The notes under the pieces are model-generated. The model was not told the DNA's origin. It ran no database searches and worked only from the letters and a program-made list of their open reading frames with translations. From the NCBI GenBank assembly GCA_964016885.1, contig OZ024749.1:28396001-28460000 (forward strand): a DNA stretch of 64,000 bases. The letters are read 5' to 3'. The stretch is from Eledone cirrhosa (lineage: Eukaryota). Position 1 is the first letter of the stretch. Each line of letters opens with the position of its first letter. Made by a program: the position numbers and the translations under genes. Shown here in pieces: positions 57,908-64,000 of this stretch.

Positions 57908-59600
57908 ATGGTGGTGTTGGTGTTGGTGGTGTTGGTGGTGTTGGTGTTGATGGTGTTGGTGGTGTTGATGGTGGTGTTGGTGGTGTTGGTGGTGTTGTTG
58001 GTGGTGTTGGTGGTGGTGGTGTTGGTGGTGTTGGTGGTGGTATTGGTGGTGTTGGTAGTGGTGTTGGTGGTGTTGGTGTTGGTGCTGGTGGTGTTGGTGG
58101 TGTTGGTGTTGGTGGTGTTGGTGGTGTTGGTGTTGGTGTTGGTGGTGTTGGTGATGTTGGTGGTGTTGGTGGTGTTGGTGGTGTTGGTGTTGGTGGTGTT
58201 GGTGGTGTTGGTGTTGATGGTGTTGGTGGTGTTGATGGTGGTGTTGGTGGTGTTGGTGGTGGTGTTGGTGGTGTTGGTGGTGTTGCTGGTGGTGTTGGTG
58301 GTGGTGGTGTTGGTGGTGGTGTTGGTGGTGGTGGTGTTGGTGGTGGTATTGGTGGTGTTGGTAGTGGTGTTGGTGGTGTTGGTGTTGGTGCTGGTGGTGT
58401 TGATGGTGTTGTTGGTGGTGTTGGTGGTGGTGGTGTTGGTGGTGTTGGTGGTGGTATTGGTGGTGTTGGTAGTGGTGTTGGTGGTGTTGGTGTTGGTGCT
58501 GGTGGTGTTGGTGGTGTTGGTGTTGGTGGTGTTGGTGGTGTTGGTGTTGGTGTTGGTGGTGTTGGTGGTGTTGGTGGTGTTGGTGGTGTTGGTGGTGTTG
58601 GTGGTGTTGGTGTTGGTGTTGGTGGTGTTGGTGGTGTTGGTGGTGTTGGTGTTGGTGGTGTTGGTGGTGTTGGTGTTGATGGTGTTGGTGGTGTTGATGG
58701 TGGTGTTGGTGGTGTTGGTGGTGTTGTTGGTGGTGTTGGTGTTGGTGGTGTTGGTGGTGTTGGTGGTGGTATTGGTGGTGTTGGTAGTGGTGTTGGTGGT
58801 GTTGGTGTTGGTGCTGGTGGTGTTGGTGGTGTTGGTGTTGGTGGTGTTGGTGGTGTTGGTGTTGGTGTTGGTGGTGTTGGTGATGTTGGTGGTGTTGGTG
58901 GTGTTGGTGTTGGTGGTGTTGGTGGTGTTGGTGTTGGTGTTGGTGGTGTTGGTGGTGTTGGTGGTGTTGGTGTTGGTGGTGTTGGTGGTGTTGGTGTTGG
59001 TGTTGGTGGTGTTGGTGGTGTTGGTGGTGCTGGTGGTGTTGGTGGTGTTGGTGGTGTTGGTGTTGGTGTTGGTGGTGTTGGTGGTGTTGGTGGTGTTGGT
59101 GTTGGTGGTGTTGGTGGTGTTGGTGGTGTTGGTGGTGTTGGTGTTGGTGTTGGTGGTGCTGGTGGTGTTGGTGGTGTTGGTGGTGTTGGTGTTGGTGTTG
59201 GTGGTGTTGGTGGTGTTGGTGGTGTTGGTGTTGGTGGTGTTGGTGGTGTTGGTGTTGGTGTTGGTGGTGTTGGTGGTGGTTTTGATGGCAGTAGCGGTGG
59301 TGGTAGTGTTGTTGTTGTGGTTGGTGGTGATGGTGTTGGTTGTAGTAGCGGTGGTGGTGGTGGTGGCGGTGGTGGTGATGGTGGTGTTAGTGATGTTGGT
59401 AGTAGTGATTTTGATGGCAATAGCGGTGGTGGTAGTGTTGTTGGTGGTGATGGTGGCGATGATGGTGATGGTGATGGTGGTGGTGGTGGTGGTTTTGATG
59501 ACAGTAACGGTTGTGGTAGCGTTGCTGTTGTTGGTAGTAGTGGTGATGGAAGTGATGGTAGCGGTGCTGTTGGTGGTGCTACTACTGCTGCTGCTTCTGG
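57908..59600. repeat. (GGT/GTT)n trinucleotide array
   Basis: Seen directly. Confidence 0.95.
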
Positions 59601-60452
59601 TGTTATGTTCTCTTGTGTCAGGGATGTGTAATGTAAGTTGTGTTATTTGGTTGTGGGGGGGTGTACATACTTAATACGTTTCACACCAAACGTCAAGGCT
59701 CCCTGTATCCTTCTCGTATAGCAATAAAATAGGTACCAGTGAGGTACTAACTGGATATAAGTGACTGTACATCTCTGCCCCCCCCCCCCCCCCCACACAC
59801 ACACACCTCTTGCAAAGAGGAGGATGAGGGGAAGGGAGAAGAGGAGGGAGAGGAGGAAGTGGACGAGGAGAAGGAGAAGAAGAAGAAGAAGAAGAAGAAG
59901 AAGAAGAAGAAGAAGAAGAAGAAAATGGAGAGAAGAAAATGAAGAGAAAGGAGAAGATGGAGAAGAAAGACATTAAAACAACAAAAGCACACACACACAC
60001 ACACATACACACACACAACGAAGAAATTAAAAATAAAATAAAATAAAATAAAAGCAGATGGGAGTAAAACGGAAGTAATAAAGAACACACAAAAAACCCC
60101 CCAAAAAACAAAACAAAACAAACAAGAACCGGTGCCAAAGTTTTCGATAAACATGTGTAGAATCCTAGTAGAGAGGTCTGTGAGTGTATGATGGCGAAGG
60201 GCGAAGGGCGAAGTAGTTTAGCAAGAGTCCGGCTTTAGTGATGAAGGTTTTAATCAATTCAAGTAAGAATAACTTGGAAACAGAAAGAAAAAAATATATA
60301 TATATATATTAAAAAAAAGAGTTTTAGGTCTGACGTGACATGGCAGACGATATCAGGGAAAGGAGGAGGATGAAGAGGAGGGGGAGAAAGAAAGACAGAA
60401 ACAAAAGCAGGAGAGAAAGGGGGGGGGAGAAAGAAAGAAGCAGAAATGAAGG

Positions 60453-60519
<67 letters not shown>

Positions 60520-61083
60520 AGCATGAGAGAAGGAGAGGGAAAAAGAAAGAAGCAGAAGTAAAAGAGAATAATGAGGAGGGGGTGAAAGATAGATGATGAA
60601 GGGGAAAGGAGGAGGATGAAGGGTGGTGGATGAAGGGGAAGAGAGGAAGAGGAGGAAGTAGAATGTAAGTATTTCAGTCGTCTGCATGTTAGAATTTATC
60701 ACAGTTAAACTGGAGACGTTTGACAGTAGAAGTCACCAATAACAAACATCGCCATCTCTCTCTCTTTCTTTAGTTTCCCTTCCTCATTCTTTTTTTTTTC
60801 TATTCCTTCTTGTTCATATGGAGTCGTGTTGTTGTTGTTGTTAACTCTTCCATATCCAAGCCATTCCATTTTCAACATGGTAAGTCAAAAATTATTCTCT
60901 CTGTTCCATATATATACATAGATACATACATATATACATATATGTATATGTACATACACACACACATATATATATACACACAGTGTACTCCAAAAAATGT
61001 ATATGTACTTTGATTAGAATGCTGTTGAAGTGTGTATACCTTTTTTTTTCTTTTTTTTTTTTTGGGGGGGGGGGGTGTTTCTC

Positions 61084-61139
<56 letters not shown>

Positions 61140-61151
<12 letters not shown>

Positions 61152-61410
61152 GATATATAAATTATATATATTCATATATATGTACATATAGCATTAATGC
61201 ATACATACATATGCATATATATATATATATGTATATATAGATATATAAATTATATATATTCATATATATGTACATATAGCATTAATGCATACATACATAT
61301 GCATATATATATATATGTATATATATATATATTTATGTATATATAGATATATAAATTACATATATTCATATATATGTACATATAGCATTAATGCATACAT
61401 ACATATGAAT
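61140..61410. repeat. three tandem copies of an AT-rich ~90-bp unit
   Basis: GATATATAAATTA...GTACATATAGCATTAATGCATACATACATATG occurs three times. Confidence 0.85.
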
Positions 61411-61586
61411 ATATATATATATATATATAATATATATATGTGTGTGTGTGCGTGTGCGTGTGTGTAAATATTTACATATAGCATAAATGCATACATATAT
61501 ATATATGAAATCAAGGAAGTGTAAATGTAGAAAAATCTCAAAAAATAATAAATAAATTAATTACATGTAGGAACACATACTTTTAT

Positions 61587-61619
<33 letters not shown>

Positions 61620-61737
61620 ATTTATATATATATATATATAGAGAGAGAGGGGGGGGGTGAACGGGGAATCATTACAGAAGGAAATGATTCAATAGATATG
61701 CATTCATTTGCAAATGTACATAATACATATATACATG

Positions 61738-61781
<44 letters not shown>

Positions 61782-62183
61782 TATGTATACGTATATATAT
61801 ATATATATATAAGTATGTATACGTACATACATATATGTATACAGTAGTATGTATATATATACATACATGCACACATATATATATGTACGTATGGATTCAC
61901 CGAACATTTATTATAATGCTCGGTGTGTTTGTAAATAGACATCCCGAATTAAGCCGTACAGTGTTTAGCAACCATCGTTGCCATTTTGTTCAACACTGAC
62001 AAAGGAACGATGTACTAGTTTCAAGCTTATTATATATATATATATATGCCACAGCTTTCAATTTGTAATGTCGTCTAACGAAAGTTATTACTCTGAGACT
62101 CCTCATCGAGTGCTTGGCAGTACATTCCTCGTTGTATCTCGTTGGCTTGGCTGCAGCCGAAGCTTCGATTTTATCAAACTTTC

Positions 62184-62231
<48 letters not shown>

Positions 62232-62324
62232 TAAAATCAAAGAAAGAGAGAAAGAGAAAGAAAAAGGTGAGGTAGAAAAGACAAGATATGCTTATATTAG
62301 TGAGAGGGCTTAGAAATATATATA

Positions 62325-62360
62325 TTTCCTGATAAAGGCTTTCTGTCCGAAACGTCGAAC
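62325..62360 (+). ncRNA. degenerate minimal hammerhead in a probable PLE 3' remnant (62230-62445)
   Basis: UUC-CUGAUAA-AGG(cuuucugu)CC-GAAACGUC^GAA. G8 is changed to A. Confidence 0.5.
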
Positions 62361-62444
62361 CCTCCTCCATTTCCCACTAGCGTGAAACTAATATAACTGT
62401 GTATTTTTGCATCCCTGTGTTTGTTTTGTTTCCTTTATTAACTA

Positions 62445-62477
<33 letters not shown>

Positions 62478-62677
62478 AGTATTCGGATCTAGTTGTTGAA
62501 CGGCAGGAGCTCAGCAGTCGGGGATCCAGAATTTTCATATATATAGTAGTAGTAGTAGTAGTAGGGGTCGAATTGGCTTGCTTTCACAGGCGGCATGCCA
62601 AGATGAGTACTCGATGCTATCGGAGAGCAGAGTATCGATAATAATAATTAGGGAACAAAGAATCAGTGTTGCATCAT

Positions 62678-62717
<40 letters not shown>

Positions 62718-62718
<1 letters not shown>

Positions 62719-62924
62719 CGAAGGAAATGTGGTAAGGAACCAGATGGACCATAACGCACCAAAGTACTCAATACTTAGGGTAGTAGAGTGGGTAATAGGA
62801 ACGAGTAGGACCCCGACGGCTGAGCTCAAGCCGTTTCGACGGCTAATTCTGGACTAAAATTTTAGTTCAGAATTAGGCGTCGAAACGGCTTGAGCTCAGC
62901 CGTCGGGGTCCTACTCGTTCCTAT
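62718..62924 (-). mobile_element. second copy of the palindrome-plus-tail element; 130-bp near-perfect palindrome at 62795-62924
   Basis: Arms meet at AAAATTTT. The tail is the reverse complement of 51936-52000. Confidence 0.75.
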
Positions 62925-62940
62925 ATATATATATATATAT

Positions 62941-63160
62941 ATATTTAATCACATATTACATATGTTTCACTGCTGATCAGCTCGAGAAACGATCGATTAT
63001 GTTCGTTCCTGACTCTGGAATCGAAAGCCTCACAGACATATGAGTCTACATATGAAAACATATATCTGAGAAGCTTTCGATTCCAGAGTCAAGAACGAAC
63101 ATAATCGATCATTTCTCTAGCTGATCGGCAGTGAAACATATGTAATATGTGATTAAATAT
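62941..63160. mobile_element. ~220-bp foldback/MITE-like inverted repeat
   Basis: ~105-bp arms with a few mismatches and a short spacer, flanked by TA. Confidence 0.75.
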
Positions 63161-63242
63161 GTATATGACGTAACAGTGATTCTTTGTTTCCTAATTATTA
63201 GCATTATTATTAATATTATTATTATTATTATTATTATTATTA

Positions 63243-63458
63243 AGCGGTGGATTGGCAGTATCGGTAGAGGGTCGGACGCCATGCTTTGCAGCATAGAGTT
63301 ACGGCCCTTTACTGCCTGTGTTCAAATCCCGCCGAGGTTAACTTTGCCTTTCATCCTTACGGGGTCGATAAAATAAAGTACCAGTCACGCACTGGGGTCG
63401 ATTTAATCGACTTTCCCCTCCCCCAAAATTGATGGCCTTGTGCCTATATAAGAAACCC
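63243..63458 (+). mobile_element. SINE family A
   Basis: A/B boxes and core. Confidence 0.88.
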
Positions 63459-63459
63459 T

Positions 63460-63496
<37 letters not shown>

Positions 63497-63590
63497 AATG
63501 GAAGTTTAGTAAAAAGTTTAGTAAAAGGTTTTGGCTGTGGCCAAACTAACAATATACAATTAGGAATGTGCAGCATTATATATATATATA

Positions 63591-63780
63591 GGCGGTGGAT
63601 TGGCAGTATCGGTAGAGTGTCGGACGCCATGCTTTCCAGCATAGAGTTACGGCCCTTGCCATTCTGAGTTCAAATCCCGCCGAGGTTGACTTTGCCTTTC
63701 ATCCTTACGGGGTCGATAAAATAAAGTACCAGTAATGCACTGGGTAATTGCTGGCCTTGTGCCTAAAGTAGAAACAATTA
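63591..63780 (+). mobile_element. SINE family A, full length
   Basis: A/B boxes and core, flanked by ATTATATATATAT on both sides. Confidence 0.9.
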
Positions 63781-63834
63781 TATATATATAATCAGATATT
63801 TCTTTTTTTGTTCTTCATCAATCAATTTAATTCA

Positions 63835-63889
<55 letters not shown>

Positions 63890-64000
63890 ACTCTCTCTCT
63901 CTCTCTCTCTCGCTCTCTCTCTCTATCTATCTATCTATTTATTACACACACACATATACATACATACATATGTATATATATGATAGACAGTAGGCAATAA

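Noticed and set aside
57816-59674. 534-aa Pro/Thr-rich mucin/extensin-like ORF and antisense Val/Leu ORF
   Set aside because: They arise from a GGT/GTT array open in several frames, with no domain, signal peptide or splice support.

Overview
This is repeat-dominated eukaryotic intergenic or intronic DNA. The SINE types and the huge (TA)n(CA)n tracts suggest a cephalopod such as Octopus, which is an inference only. No intact host gene is supported, and nearly all long ORFs in the track are translations of microsatellites. The recognisable content is: two decayed Penelope-like retroelements (PLEs) with inverted segments, RTE and R4-type LINE fragments, many tRNA-derived SINEs, mariner-type MITEs and palindromic elements. 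The main observation is 11 type I hammerhead-ribozyme motifs (CUGANGA...GAAA-palindrome-NUH, three of them degenerate) read by eye, from about 8 different sequence families. They lie in unique islands bounded by (TA)n tracts. Three sit in non-coding, greater-than-unit-length repeats with monomers of about 467, 500 and 555 nt (23167-24044, 50546-51188, 26207-27501). One of these begins at or next to its predicted self-cleavage site, and another is present as two different circular permutations. This points to a (TA)n-associated, retrozyme-like ribozyme retroelement system, probably mobilised by PLEs. No folding program or database search was run.
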